Assembly: GCA_964352335.1 (NCBI GenBank)
Contig: CAYGRO010000004.1
Location: forward strand, 42,970 to 106,969
Source of the DNA: an uncultured Gammaproteobacteria bacterium
GTDB lineage: Bacteria > Patescibacteriota > Patescibacteriia > VMEV01 > CAYQCH01
Length of the DNA: 64,000 nt
Reading direction: 5' to 3'
In this document: piece by piece, positions 41,811 through 51,469 of the stretch
Layout of the letters: each line of letters begins with the position of its first letter
Position numbering within the stretch: the stretch's first letter is position 1
Translations under genes and position numbers: made by a program
The notes under the pieces: generated by a model
What the model was told of the DNA's origin: nothing
Databases searched by the model: none
The model's input: the letters and a program-made list of their open reading frames with translations, nothing else

Positions 41811-42223
41811 TGAGGTATTTAGGAGTTGATTATGGTTCAAGTTATATTGGATTAGCAATGGGAGATGATGATAGCTATTTAGCTATGGCATTTGATACCA
41901 TTTTAGAAAAAGATGTAAAAAGACAATTGTCCGTTATTGAGCAAATTGTTTTAGATGAAGATATTGATCAAGTAATTGTTGGGTATCCATTGAGTCTTGA
42001 TGGTGGAGAATCTGATCAAACAACGGAAACAATTAGTTTTATCACAGAGTTAAGTGGAAAGCTTGGTATTCCAGTTGAAAAAGAAGATGAACGACTGACT
42101 TCTCAATTTGCACAAACTCTCATCAAAGAAGCAGAAGGCTCTAGTGCTCAAGATGAACATGCGCATGCTGCTGCTTCTGTTTTACAATCCTATTTAGATC
42201 GCATGAAAAACGAAGTTTCATAA
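41810..42223 (+). CDS. ruvX: RuvX/YqgF Holliday-junction-resolvase-like nuclease
   Basis: The N-terminus MRYLGVDYGSSYIGLAMGD. Confidence 0.8.
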   Translation: MRYLGVDYGSSYIGLAMGDDDSYLAMAFDTILEKDVKRQLSVIEQIVLDEDIDQVIVGYPLSLDGGESDQTTETISFITELSGKLGIPVEKEDERLTSQFAQTLIKEAEGSSAQDEHAHAAASVLQSYLDRMKNEVS

Positions 42224-42285
42224 ATCAGCAAGTAGGGATCATATAGCATTTATATAGAATGATCCTTGATATATGATCCCAGTTT

Positions 42286-43059
42286 ATGACATATAAAACC
42301 AAAGCCATTGTGCTCAAGAGTAAAGCTTGGCCAAGAAATGCTCGGTTATATACTTTATATTCAGAAAAATTTGGAAAAATAAAAGGCGTGGCAGCTGGGG
42401 TACAAAAAATCAAAAGTAAAGTCGCTGGTCATTTACAGCCTTTTACTATTGTTGAGGTTATGATGGCAAAAGGGCGTTCCATAGATCGACTTGCACAAAG
42501 TCGTTTTATGAAAGGTTATACTTCTTTTGGAAATGATTTCGATTCTCTTATTCGAGGATCATATGTATTAGAAATAATTGACGCATTAACCAGTGAAGGG
42601 GTAGCTGATTTTGAAATTTGGCAATTGATCGAAGAACTTTTTGAAGAATTAAATGAACAAAGTATTTGGGGAGTAGGACAATTTGATTATCATCAAAAAG
42701 AAAAATTCGATTTGCTGATTCGCTTATTTGCGCTAAAGTTATTAGATAGATTTGGTTTTTGTCCAGAATTGTATAATTGTCTAATTTGTAGAGAATTATT
42801 AAAACCAGAGGACTTATTTTTTTCTATTAGTCAAAGTGGGATGTTTTGTATTAATTGTCGGTCTGATCAATATCCTCATAAACAAGTTCCAATTGAATTA
42901 GTTAAATTGCTTCGTAGTTCATTAAAACAACCCTTAGCGCAGTTATCACGAGTCGTTGTTCCATCCGAATTACAAAAACAAACCATTGTGAATATTGATC
43001 AAATGGTCATGACACAATTACAAAAACCACTGAAAATTTTACCTTATCTTTCATCATGA
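42286..43059 (+). CDS. recO: DNA repair protein RecO
   Basis: N-terminal OB-fold sequence and the C-terminal Zn motif CLICR...CINCR. Confidence 0.8.
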   Translation: MTYKTKAIVLKSKAWPRNARLYTLYSEKFGKIKGVAAGVQKIKSKVAGHLQPFTIVEVMMAKGRSIDRLAQSRFMKGYTSFGNDFDSLIRGSYVLEIIDALTSEGVADFEIWQLIEELFEELNEQSIWGVGQFDYHQKEKFDLLIRLFALKLLDRFGFCPELYNCLICRELLKPEDLFFSISQSGMFCINCRSDQYPHKQVPIELVKLLRSSLKQPLAQLSRVVVPSELQKQTIVNIDQMVMTQLQKPLKILPYLSS

Positions 43060-43122
43060 GACACGTTTCGTGATACGTGGTTCAATATGGACCATGTACC
43101 ATGACACCCATGTACTATATTT

Positions 43123-44358
43123 ATGGCTAAACGAATTGTTATTTTAGGCGCAGGGATTGCTGGAGCAAAAGCTTTGCGATCTATTCACAAGCAATTTCAT
43201 GATGATAAGCAAACGAGTATAACCGTTGTTGATAAAAATAATTACTCTGCTTTTATCCCAATGATTCATGAATTGGCAACTGGGTCTGTGCAAGTTACTC
43301 ATTTAACACAACCAATCAGAGGACTGATTCATTGTTGTTTAGAACGTTTTATTCAAGCAGAAGTAAAAGGGATTGACCTTGATCAAAAAATTGTAAAAAC
43401 AAGCTCTGGAGAGGTCTTATATGATTATCTGGTTATTGCCATGGGGTCGACAAATAACTATTTTGGAATTCCTGGTGTAGCTGAATATGCTCTTGATTTA
43501 AAAACAATAAAAGATGCACTACGATTAAGAGAGCATATTATTTCTCGGTTTGAACAAGTTGCTCAATTATCAGCTGATGATCCGCATAGAAGAGACCTGC
43601 TTCATTTTGTTCTTATCGGTGCGGGTTATACTGGTGTAGAAACAGCAGGGCAATTAGCTGATTTATTTTCTAAAGAATTACGTGATTTATATCCTGAAGT
43701 TCAAGCCGATGAGCCAAAGATTACCATTGTGCAAGGCAATGATCGGATTTTACCAGTCTTGTCAGAAAAGAGCAGCGAAATTGCAAAAACACGATTAGAA
43801 AAATTAGGTGTAACTGTCCTTACTGGCGTACGTGCAACGGCTGTAACTCCAGAAGGGGTGAGTTTAAATAACGGAACAGTTTTACAATCACATAATGTTA
43901 TTTGGACATCTGGGGTTTTAGCTCGTGGGTTTGAGTTTTTTTCAGATGAGTATCTAGAAAAGGGGAGGGTAAAAGTAAAAGCCACATTACAAATGGAAAA
44001 ATATCCTGAAGTTTTTGCCATAGGTGATATTGCAGGTGTTATTGAAGCGGGTGGGCCACATCCTCAAACAGCTCAATCAGCTGTACAACAAGCTGCCATT
44101 ATTGGAGGTAATATTCAAAAATTATCTGATGGTGAACCTTTAACTCCATTTACTTATAATCATAAAGGAGATTTAGTTCCAATTGGCAATAGATGGGCAA
44201 TTGCAGAAATTAAAAAAGTAAAAATCACAGGTTTTATTTCTTGGTGGATTAGACGAACTGTTTATTTGATGGGAGTTATTTCCTGGTCTGATAGGCTTAG
44301 AATTGTTATCGACTGGACATTGAATCTCTTTAGTCAACGTGATACAACTAAATTATGA
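43123..44358 (+). CDS. ndh: Type II NADH dehydrogenase (FAD-dependent pyridine nucleotide-disulfide oxidoreductase)
   Basis: Two Rossmann motifs: ILGAGIAGAKA and LIGAGYTGVE. Confidence 0.8.
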   Translation: MAKRIVILGAGIAGAKALRSIHKQFHDDKQTSITVVDKNNYSAFIPMIHELATGSVQVTHLTQPIRGLIHCCLERFIQAEVKGIDLDQKIVKTSSGEVLYDYLVIAMGSTNNYFGIPGVAEYALDLKTIKDALRLREHIISRFEQVAQLSADDPHRRDLLHFVLIGAGYTGVETAGQLADLFSKELRDLYPEVQADEPKITIVQGNDRILPVLSEKSSEIAKTRLEKLGVTVLTGVRATAVTPEGVSLNNGTVLQSHNVIWTSGVLARGFEFFSDEYLEKGRVKVKATLQMEKYPEVFAIGDIAGVIEAGGPHPQTAQSAVQQAAIIGGNIQKLSDGEPLTPFTYNHKGDLVPIGNRWAIAEIKKVKITGFISWWIRRTVYLMGVISWSDRLRIVIDWTLNLFSQRDTTKL

Positions 44359-45032
44359 AAAAAGAAAACACAGCATTAGTTATTGGTAGTGGATTAGGTA
44401 TTCTTGTTTTTGGATCCCTCTTATTTAATGTCTCAAAAGAATATAAAGAAGAAAATCCCAAACCAATAGAATATCAAGGTCAGGTAGATGCATCTGGTGA
44501 ACCAGTAGACATAGGTGCTATTGCTACAATTGGTCAATCATTCATTCAAGTAATGGCTTCTTATGACCAAGAACAAAACCAGCCAATTAAACTAATGAGC
44601 GTTAATCCTGTTAAAAATAAATGGCAAGCAAAGTATGAAGTTGAACAGGTTTTTGAAAATGATCTTTCATTAGTATATTACTATACGGTAGATATAGACC
44701 AAGGTCATGTTATTCGTCACAATGTTTCTGTTTCAGATCGTTCTAGAAGATTGCTTTTGTCTAATCCAGAACCAGATTCTATTGTTGAGCAAAAAGGGTT
44801 CACAATAAAAGGACAAGTATTTGATGAGCAAAAACAAGTTATACTTTCTGTATTTGATAAAGAAACAGGTGCTGAAATTCTAAAGGATACTATTAATGTA
44901 AATTTAGATAATGATGCCGTATACTCAAAGATAGTAACGATTACTGATAATCTTTTTGGAGATTACATTTTACAAGTATCAGATGGGCAGTCTATTGTTC
45001 AGACTGATATTGTTATTACTCAATCAAAGTAG
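44355..45032 (+). CDS. Hypothetical N-terminally anchored protein, translationally coupled to ndh
   Basis: The atga start/stop overlap with ndh and an N-terminal TM helix. Confidence 0.5.
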   Translation: MKKENTALVIGSGLGILVFGSLLFNVSKEYKEENPKPIEYQGQVDASGEPVDIGAIATIGQSFIQVMASYDQEQNQPIKLMSVNPVKNKWQAKYEVEQVFENDLSLVYYYTVDIDQGHVIRHNVSVSDRSRRLLLSNPEPDSIVEQKGFTIKGQVFDEQKQVILSVFDKETGAEILKDTINVNLDNDAVYSKIVTITDNLFGDYILQVSDGQSIVQTDIVITQSK

Positions 45033-45077
45033 TTTTTTGTTAGGATATTTGCATGTTTTTTGATATAATACCTTTAT

Positions 45078-45752
45078 ATGCCAACACCGACATTATTTAA
45101 ACTCACAACAGATGAGAGAAAAGCTGCCGTAGACAAGCTTGTTGATGGTGCATCACCAAATGCAGAATTCTATTTATTACTTGTCTTATCAACGGTTATT
45201 GTGACCCTAGGACTTTTAATCGATAATACGGCTGTCGTTATTGGGGGGATGTTGGTAGCTCCAATTATTTCTCCCATATTAAGTTTAGCCATGTCGATTG
45301 TGATGGCTGATTTTGATTTACTTTTTCAATCTGCCAAAGTACTTTTGATGTCGATTATTGCTGTTATGCTCATTGCATTTTTGATTAGTTTTGCCTCTAT
45401 TGGACTAGAAGTAAATTCTGAAATTGCTTCTCGAGCAGTAACATCCTCTGAATACTTTTTCGTTGCTTTAGCTGCAGGGATTGCGGCTGCATTTGCCTTT
45501 GCTCGTCCAAGTTTAAGTGAAGCTATTCCAGGTATTGCTGTTACAGTGGCTCTCTTACCACCTTTAGTAGTTTCTTTTATTGCCATCCCATTACAAAGTT
45601 TTGAGATTTTTGTCAAGTCTATGGGATTGTTTTCTTTGAATTTATTAGGTATAATATTTGCTGCAACTATTGTCTTTTCGTTAATGGGGTTTTATCGACA
45701 ACGATCAGAGGCTGTAAAGAAGCTAGAAGAAGAACTCTCTGAAAAAACTTGA
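45078..45752 (+). CDS. Integral membrane protein (DUF389-like?)
   Basis: About 6 TM helices. Confidence 0.45.
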   Translation: MPTPTLFKLTTDERKAAVDKLVDGASPNAEFYLLLVLSTVIVTLGLLIDNTAVVIGGMLVAPIISPILSLAMSIVMADFDLLFQSAKVLLMSIIAVMLIAFLISFASIGLEVNSEIASRAVTSSEYFFVALAAGIAAAFAFARPSLSEAIPGIAVTVALLPPLVVSFIAIPLQSFEIFVKSMGLFSLNLLGIIFAATIVFSLMGFYRQRSEAVKKLEEELSEKT

Positions 45753-45942
45753 AATATTTTAGATAAAGTTGTGTATTAATAGGTGAAAATAAAGGTAATG
45801 TGCTCGTTGGTTTATTGCTAAACCAAGAACTCATTACAATCCTATGTCAAAAACCAAAACAGCAATTTTGCCGAATATTTTTGAAAAGGCATTATCTCTG
45901 CACAAGATAAAGACAGCTACTATAACAAGAACATATGTAGAG

Positions 45943-46497
45943 ATGTCAGATGAAGAACTTGTTTCTGAAGTACAAAAAGGTGACGAAAAAGCATTCGAAC
46001 ATATTGTACAAAGATATCAAGGGAAACTTTTTGCTTATATTATGCGATTAATGAATCATCGTGATGAAGCACATGATATTACGCAAGATGTTTTTCTAAA
46101 AGCGTACAAGCATATTCAACGCTTTGATACAGAAAGAAAATTCTCTTCATGGGTATATCGAATTGCTCATAATGAAACGGTCAACTGGCTCAAGAAAAAA
46201 ACGAGAGCAAAAGTGGAATCGCTCGATAGTCATGTAGAAAATGGATTCCAATTAGCAGATAACCTGAATACAGAAAAAGCATATATAAAAGAAGAAGACG
46301 GAGGAGTCGTACGCGAGGCAATAAATAGCCTGCCAGCAAAATATAAAGAAGTCATGGAATTGCGCTACTTAAAACAACAGTCCTACGAGGAGATAAGTGA
46401 AAAATTAGATAAACCAATTAATACTGTCGGAACTCTCATTAATAGGGCAAAAAAGAAATTAGCTTTGGCACTAGAGAATGCCTCCCAAACAACTTAA
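45943..46497 (+). CDS. ECF (sigma-70 family group 4) sigma factor
   Basis: Region 2 DITQDVFLKAYK and a region 4 HTH. The start is placed at MSDEEL. Confidence 0.8.
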   Translation: MSDEELVSEVQKGDEKAFEHIVQRYQGKLFAYIMRLMNHRDEAHDITQDVFLKAYKHIQRFDTERKFSSWVYRIAHNETVNWLKKKTRAKVESLDSHVENGFQLADNLNTEKAYIKEEDGGVVREAINSLPAKYKEVMELRYLKQQSYEEISEKLDKPINTVGTLINRAKKKLALALENASQTT

Positions 46498-46533
46498 GGT
46501 AAGTTTGTCGCCAAATGTTTCTCGTTTATTCCA

Positions 46534-47481
46534 TTGAATAGCGACCTCATTTGGCGATTCGTCTTTATGAAGAATCGACCAACCAATAAACAATTAGAAG
46601 AGATGGTAAATCAAATCTGTGAATCAGATGATTTTGATTGCAAAGAAGCAATTATGTCTCAAATCAAAAGTGGGCGCACACAAATGCGGTCACGTTGGTT
46701 GATTTTAAGTGAAGAATTTGGTTTGCGTACAACTTGGATTCTTACGGTATTTCTTCTTATTGGGCTTGTTAATCTCATCGCCTTTATTATCAGCCGTAGC
46801 CCAGAAACAGCCTTTTTAGAATTCGGTGGTTCTGGTTTTGGGGTTGTATTAAAATCTTTTCCTTATGGTTGGTCTGCCTTAGCCATTGCCTTAATTCTTT
46901 TTACTATTGTGGCAATGAAACGTTTTTCATGGTCCTATTTATTTCCATTCAAATTATTTAGCTTTTTATTGGTTGGGGGGATATTAACAGCTGGTTCTGT
47001 TGCTTTTGCAACAGGAGTAAATGAAAGTCTTTATAATAAGCTCATTGAAAACCCAGGTTCTGGTGATTCCTTATTAGCAAAATTATATTGTCTTTGCGCT
47101 AATAGAGATTTAGATTCAGATAACGCATTAATGGGAGAAATTTTAGATGCAAATAGTGAACAAATTATTGTACAAACGCCAAAGTTAGAAGTAGTAACAA
47201 TTAATTTAACAACCACAACAGAATGGATGGATGATATTAATCCACAAACGTTTTTCACGGTAAAAGTATTGGGAGTAAGGAATGATAAAAATACTTTTAC
47301 GGCTAGCCATATTAAAGTGCATGATGTTCAGGGGATGGACTTAGTTCGTTCTCAAGAAGATTGTGAAAATAAACAGCAATGGGATCGTAAGCGCGAAATA
47401 GCCGATCAAAGAAGGAATGCTGTTATTCAACCATTTACACCTGCCATTGGAACAGCACAATTAGTTCGATCGATTTACTAA
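46534..47481 (+). CDS. Membrane protein, candidate cognate anti-sigma factor
   Basis: It lies directly downstream of the ECF sigma gene. It has a cytoplasmic N-terminal segment with Cys residues, several TM helices and an extracytoplasmic C-terminal domain. Confidence 0.4.
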   Translation: MNSDLIWRFVFMKNRPTNKQLEEMVNQICESDDFDCKEAIMSQIKSGRTQMRSRWLILSEEFGLRTTWILTVFLLIGLVNLIAFIISRSPETAFLEFGGSGFGVVLKSFPYGWSALAIALILFTIVAMKRFSWSYLFPFKLFSFLLVGGILTAGSVAFATGVNESLYNKLIENPGSGDSLLAKLYCLCANRDLDSDNALMGEILDANSEQIIVQTPKLEVVTINLTTTTEWMDDINPQTFFTVKVLGVRNDKNTFTASHIKVHDVQGMDLVRSQEDCENKQQWDRKREIADQRRNAVIQPFTPAIGTAQLVRSIY

Positions 47482-47590
47482 TAATGATTCGAATCTACAA
47501 ATAGATCCGAATCCGCGAATGAATACTAATCTACGAATATTGTTAAAGAGGATATTTGCAGATTAGCATCACCATTCGTATTAAAATAAG
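47479..47590. repeat. MITE-like palindromic repeat, copy B
   Basis: atgattcgaatctacaaat...aatactaatctacgaatat...tatttgcagattagcatcaccattcgtattaaaataa. Confidence 0.65.
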
Positions 47591-47839
47591 AAGTGAAATA
47601 AAAAAGAAGTGAAGCAGTATTAGTGGTTGAAAGGTTGCTCCATTACCTTTCAGTCATAGCATTAATCACGTGGTGAGCAAGTCACACCCTCGGCTTGTTC
47701 ACGCAAAGGCAATGTCCCATTCGTCGTTTTCGGCGGATGGGATGTTGTTTTTTTCAAACAATTCGGCTTTTTTGTCAGTCACTATCAGCTTTTGCTATAC
47801 TAGTTTTACGTCCCACCATTAATGGGACTTTCATATTCT

Positions 47840-49957
47840 ATGGCTGAAGAAACATATACATTATTTCAAAAACCAGAAAACCATCATTTTCAAATTGATT
47901 ATGATAATGAGCTAAACGAAGAGCAATTAAAGGTTGTAAAAGAAGGTGATGGGCCTTGTCTTGTGCTTGCTGGAGCAGGAAGTGGAAAAACACGTACCTT
48001 GGTGTACCGTGTTGCTTATTTATTGGAAAAAGGAGTGCCTGCAGATAGAATTTTGCTCGTTACTTTTACGAATAAAGCTGCTCGAGAAATGATGGAAAGA
48101 GTAGAGCAAATTTTAGGGAAAAAACCAAAAGGTCTTTGGGGTGGGACATTCCATTCAGTTGCCAATCGATTATTACGCCAATACGGAGAAAATCTTGGTT
48201 ATACCAAGGATTTTGGAATTTTAGATAGTGATGACCAAGATAAGCTAATTGCTCAAATATATAAAGAATTACGAATTCCAAAAGAATCATATATTCCTAA
48301 GAAGCGGGTAATCAAATCTATTATTTCATTTGCGAAAAATAGCCAAGAATCTATTTCTGGAATCATTGAGAAAAATTATCCTTATCTTTTACCAGAGGTT
48401 ATTCCTTTAATCGAAAGTATTGCAACAGAATATGAATCAAAAAAACGCTATGCAAATGTCATGGACTTTGATGATATGCTTACTAATTGGTTAAAGCTTT
48501 TGCAAGAGCATCCAGATATTTCAGAAAAAGTTTGTACTAAATTTCAATATGTTTTAGTGGATGAATTTCAAGATACAAATAATGTTCAGTCTCAAATAGT
48601 ACAGCATCTAGCAAATCCACAAAGAAATATTCTGGTTGTGGGGGATGATGCGCAAAGTATTTATTCATTTCGTGCGGCAACTGTAGAAAATATTTTAAAG
48701 TTTCAACAAATTTACCCAGATGCCAAGCTATTTAAGTTGCAAGTCAATTACCGTAGTACACCTGAAATATTACAATTGGCTAATGAAAGTATTCGTAATA
48801 ATCAATTTCAATACGATAAACAATTAATAGCTGAGCGTGAGTCTTCTAAGCGCCCTGTCTTAATTGCGGCAAGAGATGCTCAACAGCAAGCTGAAATAAT
48901 TGCACAAAGAACGTTAGAGCTGAGAGATGAAGGGATGAGTTTAGACGATATCGCCGTTTTATTCCGTTCTTCCTTTCAAATTATTGAATTGGAATTAGAA
49001 CTAAATCGGCGAGGAATTCCTTATACGGTTCGTGGTGGTATGCGCTTCTTTGAACAAGCCCATATTAAAGATGTCATGGCGTATTTGCAATTACTACAAA
49101 ATCCAAAGAATGAAATTGCTTGGAGAAGAGTGTTTCAAATGTATGCTGGTATTGGTCTTGTAACTGCTACCAAAGCTTGGAATAAAATGAAAGAAAGAGA
49201 AACATTGGCGCAAATGCTTTCTGCTTTAGGTGAAATTGGTGGAAAAGGAAAAGCTGCTTCTAGTTTTGGGCGTATTCAAAGATTGTTTTTTCATTTAATG
49301 GAGGTTCGATCTAATAAAATAGGTGAACTGATTCATCGTATACTTGAGCAAAGTTATCAAATGTATGTAGAGAATACGTACGATGATGCCAAGGATCGAT
49401 TAGAAGATTTAGCTCAATTGGCAATTTTTTCTAGTAATTATACGGACCTGAATGAGTTTTTGTCAGAAGCTTCATTATCAGAAGGTTTTAAGGCGGAGCG
49501 AGCGGCAACAGCTAATGAGCCGGAAGCTGATGAAAAACTTGTTTTATCTACCATTCACCAAGCAAAGGGATTGGAGTGGGATGCCGTTTTTGCAATGGGA
49601 TTAGCAGAAGGACAGTTTCCACATTATAAGGTTGCAGAAGATGATAAACAAATGGAAGAAGAACGAAGATTGTTTTATGTAACGGTGACACGCCCAAGAA
49701 AACAATTATATTTGCTCTATCCAATTATGTCTCGCAGTTATGCAACGGGGGAGGTTATCAATCGTCCGTCAATTTTTATTCGAGAGGTAGATGAAGATTT
49801 GTTTAGAACTTGGAATATTTCAGAGATAGCAACTGAGCCTGTGATTGCACTAAAAAAAGAAGCACCCAAAAAAGTTGATATGATGTATGTTGACGAAGAA
49901 TACGAGTCAGACGATAATGAAGCTAGTAGTATTTTTGATATGATTAAGAATATTTAA
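47840..49957 (+). CDS. uvrD: UvrD/PcrA/Rep-family DNA helicase
   Basis: Motifs AGAGSGKTRTL, VDEFQDTN and the helicase C-terminal motifs. Confidence 0.85.
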   Translation: MAEETYTLFQKPENHHFQIDYDNELNEEQLKVVKEGDGPCLVLAGAGSGKTRTLVYRVAYLLEKGVPADRILLVTFTNKAAREMMERVEQILGKKPKGLWGGTFHSVANRLLRQYGENLGYTKDFGILDSDDQDKLIAQIYKELRIPKESYIPKKRVIKSIISFAKNSQESISGIIEKNYPYLLPEVIPLIESIATEYESKKRYANVMDFDDMLTNWLKLLQEHPDISEKVCTKFQYVLVDEFQDTNNVQSQIVQHLANPQRNILVVGDDAQSIYSFRAATVENILKFQQIYPDAKLFKLQVNYRSTPEILQLANESIRNNQFQYDKQLIAERESSKRPVLIAARDAQQQAEIIAQRTLELRDEGMSLDDIAVLFRSSFQIIELELELNRRGIPYTVRGGMRFFEQAHIKDVMAYLQLLQNPKNEIAWRRVFQMYAGIGLVTATKAWNKMKERETLAQMLSALGEIGGKGKAASSFGRIQRLFFHLMEVRSNKIGELIHRILEQSYQMYVENTYDDAKDRLEDLAQLAIFSSNYTDLNEFLSEASLSEGFKAERAATANEPEADEKLVLSTIHQAKGLEWDAVFAMGLAEGQFPHYKVAEDDKQMEEERRLFYVTVTRPRKQLYLLYPIMSRSYATGEVINRPSIFIREVDEDLFRTWNISEIATEPVIALKKEAPKKVDMMYVDEEYESDDNEASSIFDMIKNI

Positions 49958-50027
49958 ACATGGTTCATGGGACATGAATCGTTTCTGCGCCACGCACCAC
50001 ATTCCATAATCATATAACTCGATAATT

Positions 50028-50567
50028 ATGAAAAATCTCCTTACTATTTTGATAAGCTTGTCTTTATGTGTTCCATCTTTGGCATTGGCTCATATTGGTG
50101 GAAATGCAATTGAAGACGGTGAATATCGGATTGAATTAGGAAGTTTTCCAGAAGATGGCTTAAACCCTAATGAGACAATTATTTTTTCTGCGGTAATGGA
50201 GGATTTAGAAGCAAATCCCGTTTTTAACTCTAAAGCATGGATAAGGATTTCTCAAAATGATGAGATTTTATTTTCAAGTTCTGATTTTATAACAGAAGAT
50301 GGAACGGTTGACTTTGAATATCTCTTTGCTGATCACGGGATGTACGATATGACCATCCGCATGATAAATACAAAGAATGATGATGAAGCGACGGTAACGT
50401 TTCCATTAGAAATCGGTGACCCAAATTTAGCTGTAGAAGGAGGGCAGGTAAAACAGTTTGCTCAAAGTGGTTCAAGATTTAACTTATCTGTATTGACTCT
50501 AATTATTGGATTATTGAGTGGTGTTTTTCTTGCAAGGTATCGTCCAAAATCGAGTAAAGTTGGTTAA
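50028..50567 (+). CDS. Exported protein with a C-terminal TM anchor
   Basis: A signal peptide and a C-terminal hydrophobic helix followed by a basic tail. Confidence 0.5.
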   Translation: MKNLLTILISLSLCVPSLALAHIGGNAIEDGEYRIELGSFPEDGLNPNETIIFSAVMEDLEANPVFNSKAWIRISQNDEILFSSSDFITEDGTVDFEYLFADHGMYDMTIRMINTKNDDEATVTFPLEIGDPNLAVEGGQVKQFAQSGSRFNLSVLTLIIGLLSGVFLARYRPKSSKVG

Positions 50568-50600
50568 GAGTCGTTAAAAAATGTGAAAGCCTCCCTTTCC

Positions 50601-51032
50601 TTAGTGGTTGGGGAGGCTTTGTGATTTCGAAGTGGCCGGGGCTACTTCAGTGGTGTCGATGGGCTTGAAGTCTGGTCCAAGCAGGCGACGATTAATGCGA
50701 TTGCCTTTTTGGTCCGTCGTGAGCTCGATGTAGTTTTCACCAACCTTACGATAGTGGATCAAGTAGTTTGAGTTACTCATTCCGGTGGGGCCCGTTTGTG
50801 AGGGGCTTGGGTCAAGTAGGTTGACCGGTTCCGGAGGAGCTACCGTGAGCAGCTTAGTCACATCAATTGGTGAGAAGAGCGGTTGGGGCTCATCTTGCTT
50901 GTCCTGCACCGTAGCAGGTACTGATGGTTCATTCTGCAGATTCTGGAGATATTGGATCCCGCCACAGAGGCAAATGTCAAAGATGAGCAAGCAAATGCCC
51001 AAGAGGCACAAAGACTTATCTTCTTTATTCAT
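50601..51032 (-). CDS. Membrane-anchored hypothetical protein in a GC-rich island, paralog 1
   Basis: N-terminal TM helix and the C-terminal motif VGENYIELTTDQKGNRINRR. 143 aa. Confidence 0.5.
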   Translation of the reverse strand: MNKEDKSLCLLGICLLIFDICLCGGIQYLQNLQNEPSVPATVQDKQDEPQPLFSPIDVTKLLTVAPPEPVNLLDPSPSQTGPTGMSNSNYLIHYRKVGENYIELTTDQKGNRINRRLLGPDFKPIDTTEVAPATSKSQSLPNH

Positions 51033-51460
51033 CTGGTCTTTTCCTTTTCTGTGGTAACGAACTCTCTGCGGATCTCGTTACCATTTTGGTCTTGGTAGAT
51101 TTTGAAGGTGTTTTTTCCCACCTGCACGGTAATCACGAATTGAGCTGTTGAGAATGATCCAGCTCTCGAGTGACCCGACTCTTGTGCGGCTACACCGCTA
51201 CTAAGCCCAACAATATTACTGTTGAGGTTGACGGTGATGATGGTGGGGATGGGGCTGGCAATTATTTGCTGCGCCATTGGCGCCTTCTTCTTGGTTCGCC
51301 GTTCCGTATCGAGGTTCGTCATGACCAAGAAGAAAGGATAGTAGATGGTGAGCAAAACGATACCCACTTTGATCCAGTACTTTTCTTCTTCCCAGTTTTC
51401 GTTCTTCACTTTGTTTTTACTTTCGTTTAGTGTTTTTCTACAAAGTTCATCATACAGCAT
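51029..51460 (-). CDS. Membrane-anchored hypothetical protein, paralog 2 (start moved to MLYDEL)
   Basis: The C-terminal motif VGKNTFKIYQDQNGNEIRR matches paralog 1. With the internal start the length is also 143 aa. The two genes overlap by 4 nt. Confidence 0.45.
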   Translation of the reverse strand: MLYDELCRKTLNESKNKVKNENWEEEKYWIKVGIVLLTIYYPFFLVMTNLDTERRTKKKAPMAQQIIASPIPTIITVNLNSNIVGLSSGVAAQESGHSRAGSFSTAQFVITVQVGKNTFKIYQDQNGNEIRREFVTTEKEKTR

Positions 51461-51469
51461 TATTCTTGC

